Shown here piece by piece: positions 1 to 13,439 of a stretch of DNA of 64,000 nt. This stretch comes from Tubiluchus corallicola (taxonomy: Eukaryota > Animalia > Priapulida): NCBI GenBank assembly GCA_030141605.1, contig JAQGDQ010000707.1, positions 1 to 64,000 of the forward strand, read 5' to 3'. The notes beneath the pieces were generated by a model. The model was not told where the DNA came from and did no database searches. It was given only the letters and a program-made list of their open reading frames with translations. Both the position numbers and the translations under genes were made by a program. Position 1 is the stretch's first letter; every line of letters starts with the position of its first letter.

Positions 1-2275
1 TTACTACTTGAAAGTTGATGGTGTTCCTGGTCATCACTGATGACTCGGCTATTATCTTGTCTTCTAACTACATTTTCTTTACATTCAATGATCTTACTAC
101 TTGAAAGTTGATGTGTTCCTGGTGATCACTGATGACTCGGCTATTAGCCTGTCTTCTAACTATATTTTGTTTACATTAAATGATCTTACTACTTGAAAGT
201 TGATGGTGTTCCTGGTTATCATTGATGACTCGGCTATTAGCCTGTCTTCTAACTACATTTTCTGTACATTCAATGATCTTACTACTTGAAAGTTGATGGT
301 GTTCCTGGTCATCACTGATGACTCGGCTATTAGCCTGTCTTCTAACTATATTTTCTGTACATTCAATGATCTTACTACTTGAAAGTTGATGGTGTTCCTG
401 GTCATCACTGGTGACTCGGCTATTATCTTGTCTTCTAACTACATTTTCTGTACATTCAATGATCTTACTACTTGAAAGTTGATGGTGTTCCTGGTTATCA
501 TTGATGACTCGGCTATTAGCCTGTCTTCTAACTACATTTTCTGTACATTCAATGATCTTACTACTTGAAAGTTGATGGTGTTCCTGGTCATCACTGATGA
601 CTCGGCTATTAGCCTGTCTTCTAACTATATTTTGTTTACATTCAATGATCTTACTACTTGAAAGTTGATGGTGTTCCTGGTCATCACTGATGACTCGGCT
701 ATTATCTTGTCTTCTAACTACATTTTCTTTACATTCAATGATCTTACTACTTGAAAGTTGATGGTGTTCCTGGTCATCACTGATGACTCGGCTATTATCT
801 TGTCTTCTAACTACATTTTCTGTACATTCAATGATCTTACTACTTGAAAGTTGATGGTGTTCCTGGTCATCACTGATGACTCGGCTATTATCTTGTCTTC
901 TAACTACATTTTGTTTACATTCAATGATCTTACTACTTGAAAGTTGATGCGTTCCTGGTCATCACTGATGACTCGGCTATTATCTTGTCTTCTAACTACA
1001 TTTTCTGTACATTCAATGATCTTACTACTTGAAAGTTGATGGTGTTCCTGGTCATCACTGATGACTCGGCTATTATCTTGTCTTCTAACTACATTTTCTG
1101 TACATTCAATGATCTTACTACTTGAAAGTTGATGGTGTTCCTGGTCATCACTGATGACTCGGCTATTATCTTGTCTTCTAACTACATTTTCTTTACATTC
1201 AATGATCTTACTACTTGAAAGTTGATGTGTTCCTGGTCATCACTGATGACTCGGCTATTAGCCTGTCTTCTAACTATATTTTGTTTACATTCAATGATCT
1301 TACTACTTGAAAGTTGATGGTGTTCCTGGTCATCACTGATGACTCGGCTATTAGCCTGTCTTCTAACTACATTTTCTGTACATTCAATGATCTTACTACT
1401 TGAAAGTTGATGGTGTTCCTGGTCATCACTGATGACTCGGCTATTATCTTGTCTTCTAACTACATTTTCTTTACATTCAATGATCTTACTACTTGAAAGT
1501 TGATGTGTTCCTGGTCATCACTGATGACTCGGCTATTAGCCTGTCTTCTAACTACATTTTCTGTACATTCAATGATCTTACTACTTGAAAGTTGATGGTG
1601 TTCCTGGTCATCACTGATGACTCGGCTATTAGCCTGTCTTCTAACTACATTTTCTGTACATTCAATGATCTTACTACTTGAAAGTTGATGGTGTTCCTGG
1701 TCATCACTGATGACTCGGCTATTATCTTGTCTTCTAACTACATTTTCTTTACATTCAATGATCTTACTACTTGAAAGTTGATGTGTTCCTGGTCATCACT
1801 GATGACTCGGCTATTAGCCTGTCTTCTAACTACATTTTCTGTACATTCAATGATCTTACTACTTGAAAGTTGATGTGTTCCTGGTCATCACTGACGACTC
1901 GGCTATTAGCCTGTCTTCTAACTATATTTTGTGTACATTCAATGATCTTACTACTTGAAAGTTGATGGTGTTCCTGGGCATCACTGATGACTCGGCTATT
2001 AGCCTGTCTTCTAACTACATTTTCTTTACATTCAATGATCTTACTACTTGAAAGTTGATGTGTTCCTGGTCATCACTGATGACTCGGCTATTAGCCTGTC
2101 TTCTAACTATATTTTGTGTACATTCAATGATCTTACTACTTGAAAGTTGATGGTGTTCCTGGTTATCATTGATGACTCGGCTATTAGCCTGTCTTCTAAC
2201 TACATTTTCTTTACATTCAATGATCTTACTACTTGAAAGTTGATGGTGTTCCTGGTCATCATTCACGACTCGGCT
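1..2275. repeat. Tandem satellite, 93-bp unit (92-bp variants), ~24 copies, open at window start
   Basis: Unit ttactacttgaaagttgatggtgttcctggtcatcactgatgactcggctatta(t/g)c(t/c)tgtcttctaactacattttc(t/g)gtacattcaatgatc recurs every 92-93 bp; contains palindromes GTCATCA-C-TGATGAC and GGCTA-T-TAGCC. Confidence 0.97.
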
Positions 2276-2540
2276 GCAAAATTAATGTCTTTAAAAAGAT
2301 CTAATGTTGTTAGCACTAATGACGTTTTCGTATCTGCTGTTCCAAGGATGTGTGAAGAAATTGCTTTTCGTAAGTTTCGTAGTTCATGACTTCTCATAAG
2401 TGCATCATAATTTTCCAAAGGCGTGTTGTTTAAACTAAGACTAATTCAAGCGTCTGCAGCTTAACTTGATCTACATGCTTGATTTTTACAGACATACAAC
2501 CAGTTCTGCCTATGCAAACTGGTTGTAAGTTTGTAAAAAT

Positions 2541-2590
2541 TTGCCACTGATGATGACAGCAGTAGCTCTGTCGAAAGGTTTGATATGAAT
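2541..2590 (+). ncRNA. Degenerate minimal hammerhead ribozyme motif of Penelope-type pseudo-LTR
   Basis: CTGATGA (2547-2553), extra T, stem II GACAG/CTGTC with 8-nt loop, GAAA (2573-2576); homologous to the motif at 13450-13500(-) downstream of a Penelope GIY-YIG fragment. Stems I/III are imperfect. Confidence 0.55.
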
Positions 2591-3270
2591 TTTTTAACTA
2601 TCTGTATAAAAAGTTTTATTAAATATGTGGTGTTTTAACTGTAAAAGTCCTCTGCGTATTATAATGTTAGTAAAATGACTACAAGACTATTGCTATTGCA
2701 GAATGACTACAGAATTTGGAAAAAATTATAGTGCAGCACGCTGTCTGTTCAAAAGTTTGAAATATAAACTCTCATCTAATGTCAGCTCGTCATATTGTAC
2801 GTATTTCCCTTCAAGTAACTTTAATGCTAATAAATGGAGTGAGTTTTTGGATGCAGCAGTTGCTAATCCTGCTACGGAGATATCCCATTTTCTAGAGTTT
2901 TTTCTTGGTTTTTGGGCAACTGCAGGGGGGATAGCTGATTTGCGGTCATGCGGTTGCATAATCCGCATTAATCTTGCGGATTTGCGGGCAGTGAATGATT
3001 GCGGATTGCGGATTTCGGATTTTTAATACCTAAATCGCGAGTTTGCGAAAAATTGCAGCAAGGAAAAGCCACGTATGTAAGGTTAATTTTCAATTGTTTT
3101 CACAAATGGTTTACCAAATTTCAGTACAATTTTTGTTAAGCATTGCCTTGCTTGTGGCCACATTTAAAGACCTTTCATCACTATTTAACATGCCCTCATC
3201 ACCTCTTTATTTTTTTTGCTGCTTCCCGAATTTTACCTGGAAATTCTTAAACGCAAAGCATTGCTTATAA

Positions 3271-3480
3271 CTATACAATACAATACAGTGCAATACAGTA
3301 CAACACACTCAATGCAATATTACGCAGTATAATACAATAAAATACAAAACAATACAATACAATACAGTACAATGCAATGCTATGCAACGCAACACAACGC
3401 AATGCAATACAACGCAACGCAACGCAATACAGCACAATACAATACAATACAATAGAATACAACACAATACAATACAAAAA
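3271..3480. repeat. (CAATA)n/(CAACG)n pentanucleotide microsatellite
   Basis: Direct reading; explains the CIVLY-type ORFs. Confidence 0.95.
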
Positions 3481-4994
3481 GTATTGTAATCTGTTTGGCA
3501 CATTACACTCAAGCACGTTCATGCACTCAAGACCCTATTCAACAGATGTTTGCGCCTTGAAAGGAGCCTGGCTCATTCATTAAGAGCATTTGTAACTTCG
3601 CTGATGCAACAACTTCACATCGCTTTAAAACCTTTACTAAACCAGATTGTTTTCAACCGTCTAACTCTGTTTCGAATGAAACTGCTGTACATTTTTGAAT
3701 TGGTTCACGCCATGAATAGAACAGATATTAGCAAACGTAAGCAGTCTGTCGTTGATCCAGTGGTAGCAAAGTATTTTTTCATGTCTGTGCAAGTCTCTTA
3801 ACCTATGGCAGCTAGGTATGCGTGGTAAACAACAAAAATGTTTAGGATATCGCATGACTGGAGCTGCTGTATCATATACTGTACAAGTGCAAGTACTACG
3901 TCACGACATTCGCTAACAGTAAGAATTTTTGTTTGTCTTTCGCCTGGTAGAAGTTAATGTGCTGCTATATATATATATACCTATTAGTATATATATATAT
4001 ATATATATATATATCATATATAATCTTGACTTGCCATTAAAATACATTGATAATCACTGATAAAAACTTTACAGAGACGATCAATCAGTGTTAGTTAATG
4101 AAAACTTACACTGCTAAAGGCAAATGCCTCAGTGCAATCTAAACTACTGTGCAGTAATGGAAAGTAACGACGAATAAAATCAAACATATTTACAAGTATG
4201 CACAAAAAAATGAAAAACTATGATTTAATTAACATGGCCGTGGATATATAAACTCTGAAGTAGTGTGTATGTTGTCGTACTGGTGTAATGGTATTTCATA
4301 TCTGGTTAATATTAGTGATTTTAATTTTGTTTTAAATGCTGATAGGGAACTTGATTTGTTTAACTTGTAATGGTAGAATTCTAAAGTAGAATTGCTTGTT
4401 TGGTTACAGAGTTCGTTCCATAGTGCGTATTTGTCCTAATTTGTTTTAGATTGTTTGTTCTGGAATTAACGATACGATTTGGGAAAGTTAACGGTAGCTA
4501 ACGAAGGTTAACTATTGTAACTGGTAGAAGCTAGTGCAACTTACAAGAAGCAATTACTGTAGATCGACAGGGCAAAGTCTACAAGCTTTTTGCCCATAGT
4601 TATCTCACTTATTAAACCTCTGTTACTAGTTTTATTACACGTTTTACATTTATGTTATCTTTCAAAATGTTGTCTCTCAAGTGGAACAGCCGCCTAGTGG
4701 CAGTTGCCATGGTATGGTAAGAAAGCAAGGTCAGTGGTCGTAGTATTAATTAAAAACTGAACTGTTTGGAATGAGTCGTTGTGAATTTCAATCGTGTTTT
4801 TTGCATTATTCACGGAAACTCTTCGATAACGTTTACACTATCTGTGAAATTCCATGTGCAGTAAGCTCTATGAAGTATTTAAGTTTGGCAACACTCGTTT
4901 CGTGACTCAACACGCATTTTGGCAAGGGACAAATCTTTAAATGGACAATGACCTGTTTGACTTACAGATTACATTAATTAAAAATTCATTGAAG

Positions 4995-5238
4995 TACGTG
5001 TTTTACGTGGACTTTATTTTGTCATGCTTAGTCTATGCATAGAGTGATTTACTAGCAGGATCTTGCTTGGAAACAAGAAAAAATGAACTAGGTAAAGTTC
5101 TAGCTGTTACAACTGTTACTATAACAATAGAGTGGGCTGCGAGACGTTGTCAAGTGTACACAAATGCGTTGTCTGGTACACTTAATCTTTGACCTTTTCA
5201 CGATAATCATCAATCGCTGGAACTGTGAAAAGACTTAT
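4995..5238 (+). mobile_element. Partial copy of ~380-bp TIR MITE family A
   Basis: agagtgatttactagcaggatcttgc...aactgtgaaaagacttat matches the right half of the full copy at 48501-48872. Confidence 0.85.
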
Positions 5239-5376
5239 CGGCTATTGAGTTCACTGTGATGTGAAATTATGATGTTAGTAAACAAAGGTTGTTTACAACG
5301 TAACATCACAAAATATTTAGACACAATTAGCGTTACGTAAATAACTCATTTCAGCTAGAAGACATCTGCACCTAAC

Positions 5377-8300
5377 ATGAAGTGTCCAGATGTGAACATA
5401 ATCGTTTACATCCTCGTCTGTGTATTCGGTCTTGGATCATGGCTAGCAGTTAATGGATTGTTCGTAGAGCTGCCATTGTTGGTGGAAGAATTACCAGAAG
5501 GATGGGGGCTTCCATCGTATCTTGCTGTTATTGTTCAGCTTGCAAACTTGGGACCGATCCTAGTCACACTTATCACTACGCTATGCCACACTGGACATCG
5601 TGCACAACTCGTGAGTCATTTCATTTGTGTTTTAAACCGACGTTCTAAATTATTGTACCTTCTAGAGTTTCAGCAGTACTTAACTCCTTCAGGACTGTAA
5701 GTGTTTGCTGTGTGTTAGAACATAAATACAGTAACATCCCAAATTTCACTTCTTCAGGACTGTAAGTGTTTGCTGTGTGTTAGAACATAAATACAGTAAC
5801 ATCCCAAATTTCACTTCTTCAGGACTGTAAGTGTTTGCTGTGTGTTAGAACATAAATACAGTAATATCCCAAATTTAACTCCTTCAAGACTGTAAGTGTT
5901 TGCTGTGTGATAGAACATAAATACAGTAACATCCCAAACTTAACTCTTTCAGGACCGTAAGTGTTTGCTGTGTGTTAGAACATAAATACAGTAACATCCC
6001 AAATTTCACTTCTTCAGGACTGTAAGTGTTTGCTGTGTGTTAGAACATAAATACAGTAACATCCCAAATTTCACTTCTTCATGACTGTAAGTGTTTGCTG
6101 TGTGTTAGAACATAAATACAGTAACATCCCAAATTTCACTTCTTCAGGACTGTAAGTGTTTGCTGTGTGTTAGAACATAAATACAGTAACATCCCAAATT
6201 TAACTCCTTCAAGACTGTAAGTGTTTGCTGTGTGTTAGAACATAAATACAGTAACATCCCAAATTTCACTTCTTCAGGACTGTAAGTGTTTGCTGTGTGT
6301 TAGAACATAAATACAGTAACATCCCAAATTTAACTCCTTCAAGACTGTAAGTGTTTGCTGTGTGATAGAACATAAATACAGTAACATCCCAAATTTCACT
6401 TCTTCAGGACTGTAAGTGTTTGCTGTGTGTTAGAACATAAATACAGTAACATCCCAAATTTAACTCCTTCAAGACTGTAAGTGTTTGCTGTGTGATAGAA
6501 CATAAATACAGTAACATCCCAAATTTCACTTCTTCAGGACTGTAAGTGTTTGCTGTGTGTTAGAACATAAATACAGTAACATCCCAAACTTAACTCCTTC
6601 AGGACTGTAAGTGTTTGCTGTGTGTTAGAAAATCATAAATACAGTAACATTCCAAACTTAACTCCTTCAGGACTGTAAGTGTTTGCTGTGTGTTAGAACA
6701 TAAATACAGTAACATCCCAAACTTAACTCCTTCAGGACTGTAAGTGTTTGCTGTGTGTTAGAACATAAATACAGTAACATGCCAAACTTAAGTCTTTCAG
6801 GACCGTAAGTGTTTGCTGTGTGTTAGAACATAAATACAGTAACATCCCAAACTTAACTCCTTCAGGACTGTAAGTGTTTGCTGCCCTTTGCATGGGTTCA
6901 TGAAAAACTCTCACTAAGCAACGATTACGTTATATCTGATTGTAGGTTTCTAATAATTTAAGTGCGTTTCTACTCCTTACATAATGGATTTCCATGTAAA
7001 ATTATATATGAAATATAAGCATAATCTTTGACCTCAAGTCTACTCTATTTTTAAGGAGAAATTCTTGTTAAAAGTTGAGACGACCCTAATTTGTCCTTAG
7101 TTCATCGGTTGGTTTTTCCTGGAATAACAGCAGAACACTGCACAACATGGACTGTGGCAAGAAGACGATCAATAAAATAGTGTGTACGATCACGCAAGTG
7201 TACACCAGACTAAGCTACTCAATAGGTTAAGTTGGAATGCGTGAAAAGGGCATGTTTTTCTTAATTGTATCCAATTAAATCACTTATAAATGTTTAAACA
7301 AATAGAACGACTGGATAGCCGAGATTCACCTGAATAGAACAGTGCCAAATTTGTAATCATTTAGTTATGTCTGTGCTCGTACAGTCACAAAAAAGTAAGT
7401 ATTGTAATACCTATTTTGACTACTCTGCATTGTTTTATTTTGGTATTTCCGAACACAAGCCGTGTAGCAGGCAGTTTCTTTACTATTATTTACCAATTTC
7501 ACTTTTGTTACGTCATTGGTATTGTTTTGTGACGTCATTGATTATTGTTTTGCTTATGGCTTGTTTTTGCATGAAGGAAACGAAGCCCATGTCACCTAGA
7601 GTGTTCTCCAGTAACATTGAAACTTGTTATGTTATGTACAGAAAGCCTTCACTATTTCATTCATGTTCCAAAGTCGTTTATTCTAAAAAGAATAATAAAG
7701 AGAACATTAACAAGTAAGAAAAATAAATAGAATGATAAACAGAAGCTTAATAAATAAGAAGGCAACCTATTGGTCAACGTACTTTTACAAATTTCACAGA
7801 TCGAATTCGTAAACTTAATTAAATTATTTAAATTCATGTAACTTACATCGCTGGCTCTTCGTCAAGATTTAAAATTTCTCAAGGTACAAATTTGGTAATA
7901 GCTAAAAAGCTGTTATTAACTATAACACAAAAACGATAAAAAACATTGCTGCAAATAAGAACGCAACCAACATTGTTCTCCTCCTGTCCTTTCCTCTCCA
8001 CATTGCTCGTAGAGGGCAGCACCTGCCAATAAATAAGTGTCGTTATGCACATTGCAGTTACAAAACTAATTACTAATGTTTTACGTTTAGCCCTTTCTTT
8101 GATAACGGCAGTTAAATTTGTTGTCTTGATAAGACACACTAATTTAAGATTCTGCTTAAAACAGTTAAAGCACAAGAAAACCCTCCACTTACATAAAACT
8201 GAACAAATTCGTTTTGAAATTTTAAACCACTTACTGCCTTTTTGCATGCAGGGCTTGCGTTGGCAGTAACACTGTATAAAACTTGAAAATTTAAACTCCT

Positions 8301-9454
8301 GCGATGACCATTAGGTGCAGCCATTTTAATGATAGGTCGTTTGAAACAAGTTTAGATAACACTTTTTAAAGTTTGAAAAAATAATCAGAGCATTCGTAGC
8401 ACACATGTTACTAACCAAGTAAAATTTAAAATTACTGTATCTTGTCAATAAGATTAAAACATTTTTTAGTTAGTGAGTGGTGCACCCTGGAGGGTGAGTC
8501 AGCGACATTTTACCAACTGGTGAAAACATCTTAAATAATTAATAATTTCCTTTTCTAGTTACATAAGTCTTTCTAGCAGGTAAGCGAAAATCTAAGTAAT
8601 ATAGATTTGCAAGGAAAGTCTTTGAGATATAATTTAACATTGCCTTTTCTTCCCTTGATTTACGTTTGGTACATGACGCCATGTAATGGCGACTTCGGAA
8701 CAGTATTGCGGGAGATTTAAAATGAAAACAAACAAGAAATTCTTTCAACGCGAGTAAGATATACGCATAAAATTACTATAAAGTGATATAATTTTTACGG
8801 TGATTTTTCTGAAACCAACTTCAGGTGCCCCTTTTCTTGTCCTTTAATGATTCCAGAACGAAAAGAGACTTTACTCTGGTTACTAATGAACTTTTTTAGT
8901 TTAATAATTTGTTTATCCATTATTTTTACTTAGATACTGGGAAGCTGTATTTACATAGTAGGAATAATCGCATGTATCTTGCTTGCAATATTCTGGACTT
9001 ACACGACAGTGATCGTAGGTGAGGAACGTAGTACGGCCTTGTTCACACTAGCCTTCTTCCTTGCTCTTACAAACACTACAACTAATGTCGTCTTCCTTCC
9101 TTACATGGCTCTGTTCAGGTTTGTTTATTTTCTTTTTTTTCTTTTTTAATTATCCGTTTAAGTCAGATTATTAAATCGTTTTGAAAACCCTACATACGTA
9201 AACGATAATATATATTCATCCACAAATTTTATTTACCCATGTCCAATTTAAATTATATGTATAAATTGTATATAGTCTATTATAATTTCCATGTAACATT
9301 ATAATGTATATTTAGTTTTAAATTTTTGGCACAGTAGTTTTTAGTTTGCACTGGATGCATTTGCCTTTAACAGTTGTGCGAATTTTATTCTCATGTTGCG
9401 ATGTTCTTTTATGCTTTTATAGTTATGAATATCGATTTTTTATGGCAAATAAAG

Positions 9455-9488
<34 letters not shown>

Positions 9489-12400
9489 ACAGCTAAATGA
9501 AATTATAACTTATATATATATATATATATAAGTTATAATTTCATTTAGCTGTTACATCATAAATATCTTAATATTTGCAATAAATAAACAAGCTTAAAGG
9601 AAGATGGGATGATTTTTTTATATACTATCCCATTTTCAAGTCTGATAAAAAGTATACATTTTAACACAATTAATACTGCAAAAGCGTTTCTGATAATTAA
9701 ATGGTAGATTAAAAACTTAATTAACGACAGGCGAGCCCAACTGTTGATGACATCACAAACTAACATAATTTTTAACAGCAAAAATATTCCATGAGCTTGT
9801 TGCACGTGTTTACGAAAGCGAAAATTGAAGTACAGTGCTACTGTAAGATATTCAGTGTGTTGTGGTAAAACTAGGCAAGTTTTAAGATAAAAATTCAAAT
9901 CTCAGATTTACCGCTGTATTCACGCATCAGCTGCCGAACGTGCGCAATTTGTCACAAACTAACACATCTGAACTGAGAGGTACAGCATCTGTTATTTGTG
10001 CAATGCATTTCCGAATCGCAGGCGCCAGTGCCCGTCTAACTAGTGAATGGTGAAATGCATGTAACAGCGAAGAACTAGTGGCACGAGCCTTAAACTGTGT
10101 TTGAGTGGTAATAATTTTTTTTGTAAATCATTTTTGAAAAAATAATATGTTTCCTTTCAATATTTTAAAGATTAGATTGTTTTGACCTACAGTTTAAGAT
10201 TGGGTCCGGTTTTGCTTTCACATTAAATTTTTAATCCTCAGATTTGATATGATTAATCAACGTTGATGAATGTACCGGGTGCAGCAGAAAAAATCTACCA
10301 AAGCTGAGACTATAAGAATATTAGAGCAAGTGCCCTACAAAGTTCAAACTTTAGCGAAAACGTCGGAAGAAATGTTATAGTTTTAGTGGTTTTTGAGATT
10401 CCAGACGAAACGTTTTGTTAAAAATTTAAATGGCGGTACAATTAGCTAATAATCAACTTAAAATTAGCCAAGTTAACGTAGCAGGTGGCGTAGTGTAAAA
10501 GAGCAACGCATCCCTTACCACAACCGTAATGTGACATACGTGTAAAGCAAAGCCGTCTGCAGGCATCAGTTCAGTAACTTTAACTTTTTTACGTGGACTT
10601 TATTATTGTGCATTAGTAAAGAAAACAATAAAGTAATCAATCTGTTTACATCCTGGTCTTACAACACAGAAAATAAAGCACTGATAAAGATTTCTTGTGA
10701 AGAAAAAATGGGACTTAATCCTCTGGATTACGGGATCTGTGATACGTTTAAAGAGGAAGCGTACGATGACCACACACATCCGTTTGATGCAAAGGAACTA
10801 AAGGCAAAAATTCTTGAGAGCTGACCACCAAATAAATCTTACAGTAATGAGAAACTGTAGGCTTGCGGGATGCCCACACTGTATCTCGACACTAGGCGGA
10901 GGAGTTGCAGAAGCCAATGGTTAGAGGGCGGAGGAGGTCAAGTGACCCGACGGCCATGTGTAGAGGAGTAAACCTTCCAAATCAGGAGTGGAGCCTCGAA
11001 AGCGGACCAGTGCAGCATGCTCACTGACTCCGGCAGCTCCTGCAGCCAACCCGGTGCCAATTGTATCGCTCCGCTTTCCTTAGGACTACACCAGGGAGGA
11101 AGAGGGGGGGTTCCTGCTGTCTGGGCAACTCAGGATCTCCATACACCTTGCCCAGGCGTGCGCCTTGGAGACGTTCAAGGATCGCCCTGGAGAGGCCACT
11201 CCAGTGGTTCAAGGATCGCGCTGCTCAGCCACAGTCGACGCTGCAGCTCCATCAATGTGATCAATAACTGACTCTCTTGACGCACACTGCATTGTCTTCC
11301 GAGACAGAAGGATGCCAACAATGAGAAACTATGTCAGTTGTAGGAAGAAATGCCTTCCTTCGTTTAGTTTGCATTGAAAATGGTCGACACGTAGAACACT
11401 TGCTGTAAATTTTACTAATTGTGACACAAATTTTTTTCAGCAATTATTTTTTGATGTTGAATTAAAAATTCATTCTGTATAATTGGACAAATCTAAGGAA
11501 ATGATTGTTAAAATTTAAATTTAAATTTAAGTTAAAATTTTTCGTGTTTATACAAGAACGTCTGTAAGATCAGAGTCGTAATTTTCAAGACATTCTAGTA
11601 TTATTTTCTTATAATATTGTGATAAAAAGTTTGGCACATTTTTTGCACCACCCGATATTTTCGGAGTTTATTTCAATGAGCCTTTTCACGGTTCCAGCGA
11701 TTGATGATGATCGAGAAAGGGTCAAAGGTTAAGTGTAGCAGACAGCGCATTTGTGTACACTTGACAATGCCTTGCAGCCCTTGCTACTGTAATAGTAACA
11801 GTTTTAACAACTAGCTAAGACCTTACCTAGTTCATTTTTTCTTGTTTCCAAGCAAGATCCTGCTAGTAAATCACTCTACACTCACGCTAATGCACAATAA
11901 TAAAGTCCATGTAAAATAGTTAAAGTTCCTGAACTGATGCGGCAGACGGCTTTGCTTTACACGCATGTCACATTACGATTGCGCTTAAGATGCATTGCTA
12001 TGGTACGCTTAACCTTTGACCTGCAGCAAATGCGCATGCGTACAACGAAACTGTGAAATAGCTCACCGTGCTTTCTTTGCAGTGTAAACTGAGTACATTG
12101 TATACTGTGGATAAATTATGAATAATCCGCGAGCAGCTGGTGATTAATCTTTACGTTATTTGTATTTCTAGAAGTGAATACGTGGTGGCGTTTTTCATTG
12201 GAGCTGGTATGAGTGGACTAGTCCCTAGTCTTCTGGCTTTGATTCAAGGTACTGGACAGGAAACTCGATGCTTCGAAACTATTTATTATGATAATTCATC
12301 GGGTTTGAACGTTAGTGAGACGTTTCACGAACAACTTGAACCCAGGTTTTCTGTGAGCGTGTTTTTCGTGTGTCTGGGCGTGTTGATAACATGCAGTGGT

Positions 12401-13270
12401 GTTGCGTTTCTACTGCTTAACGTTTTGGACATTGCAAAGCGTGAGTACGCCTCCGATGCAGACGCGGAACTTGTGAAAACTTCCAGAAACAAAGACGCAC
12501 CGAGAAACGATTCCACGGTAGAGTTGAAGTCCTATAATAACATAAGCGAATGCAGCATTAGCAGTAATGTGTCTAGCACTGATGTTGTGACAAAAGCGAA
12601 TGTTTCTAATGATTCGAAAAACGTAGCTAAAGAGAGGAACGACCTCGCAGGAAATGACGTCACACGCGAGACGGAAAATGAAACCGATGACGACGTCGTA
12701 TTCGAGAAATACGTACATAATATCTCCACTTGGGGTTTTGCTTGGCTGTACTTCATGCAGGCGTGGACATGCGCACTAATGATGGGAATTTTACCCTCCG
12801 TTGGTAGTTACTCAGCTTTAGCTTACAGTCGTCAAACGTATCATTTATCTGTAACTTTATCGACTGTTGCAAATCCTCTAGCATGCTTCATCCCTTTCTG
12901 GATAGCAGCTAGAAGCATTTCGTCTCTAACGTGCCTTGTTCTTGCCGGAAGTGTAGTTTCTGGATACATCCTGTCTCTAGCGGCGCTGAGTCCAGAACCG
13001 TTTCTCGTTGACAACGGTACTGCTGGTAGCGCCCTCTGTATTGTGGCTTGGATATTATGTATTGCCGTATTTTCCTACGTTAACGTATGCTTGGCATCAT
13101 TGTTTAGAACTTACAGTCATCGTGCATTGTTTTGGTGTGGAGTTTTCACACAAGGTGGTGCTGCGTTCGGTGCTTTGGTCATGTTTCCAATAATTAATGT
13201 CTACGAGCTACTGGATAATGCAGACACAGTTTGCGAAATAATATATAATTTTACTTTAATATCTTCATAA
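5377..13270 (+). CDS. SLC52A3: SLC52 riboflavin transporter (SLC52A3-like), coding exons 5377-5610, 8934-9118, 12172-13270; ~505 aa
   Basis: [61 protein letters not shown] and NPLAC motifs of SLC52. GT/AG junctions are phase-compatible (0, 2) and total 1518 nt. Exact orthologue not established. Confidence 0.92.
5680..6884. repeat. 65-bp minisatellite, ~18 copies, SLC52 intron 1
   Basis: Unit gtgtttgctgtgtgttagaacataaatacagtaacatcccaaatttcacttcttcaggactgtaa. Confidence 0.97.
8169..8843. mobile_element. Non-autonomous TTAA-flanked DNA transposon (Kolobok-like), family B
   Basis: TTAA|AGCACAAGAAAA ... TTTTCTTGTCCT|TTAA; near-identical inverted copy at 35837-36521. Confidence 0.8.
10273..11657 (+). 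mobile_element. Tc1/mariner (maT/DD37D-like) relic, interrupted by a MITE-A fragment and an RTE insertion
   Basis: [20 protein letters not shown] (10711-10856) resumes after the insertion as [15 protein letters not shown] (to 11408), the mariner-family C-terminus; TACCGGGTG and CACCACCCGATA resemble decayed TIRs. Boundaries approximate. Confidence 0.6.
10857..11319 (+). mobile_element. Internally deleted (bipartite) RTE-clade non-LTR element with 11-bp TSD
   Basis: TSD AATGAGAAACT at 10846-10856 and 11320-11330; GC-rich insert; 3' part encodes [13 protein letters not shown] (RTE ORF C-terminus) and ends gagacagaaggatgccaac. The 5' part resembles RTE 5'UTRs (from recall, not searched). Confidence 0.7.
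11675..12065 (-). mobile_element. MITE family A, full-length diverged copy
   Basis: gagccttttcacggtt ... aactgtgaaatagctc termini; colinear (inverted) with 48501-48872. Confidence 0.85.
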
Positions 13271-13439
13271 ATAATTTGTATATATCTTTGACTATTATAC
13301 GTGGAAATTCATCGTGGCACAAAAATGACACTTTGACAATCCTAAATTTGTATTTCTCGATCTTTAAATTTAAATATATTATAAATATATCTATAGCTAA
13401 AAAAATACAAATTTATTAAAACTTTTACTTTACAAACTT

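Noticed and set aside
1-2275. Hammerhead-ribozyme satellite (each unit has CTGATGA and GAAA)
   Set aside because: No stem II joins the two cores (CTCGG... vs ...CTACTT) and CTGATGA is part of the GTCATCA-C-TGATGAC palindrome.
5680-6884. Minus-strand CTGAAGA-AGT-GAAA-TTT hammerhead-like core in the 65-bp unit
   Set aside because: No room for stems II/III, stem I is poor, and many units read CTGAAGGAGTTAAA, which destroys the core.
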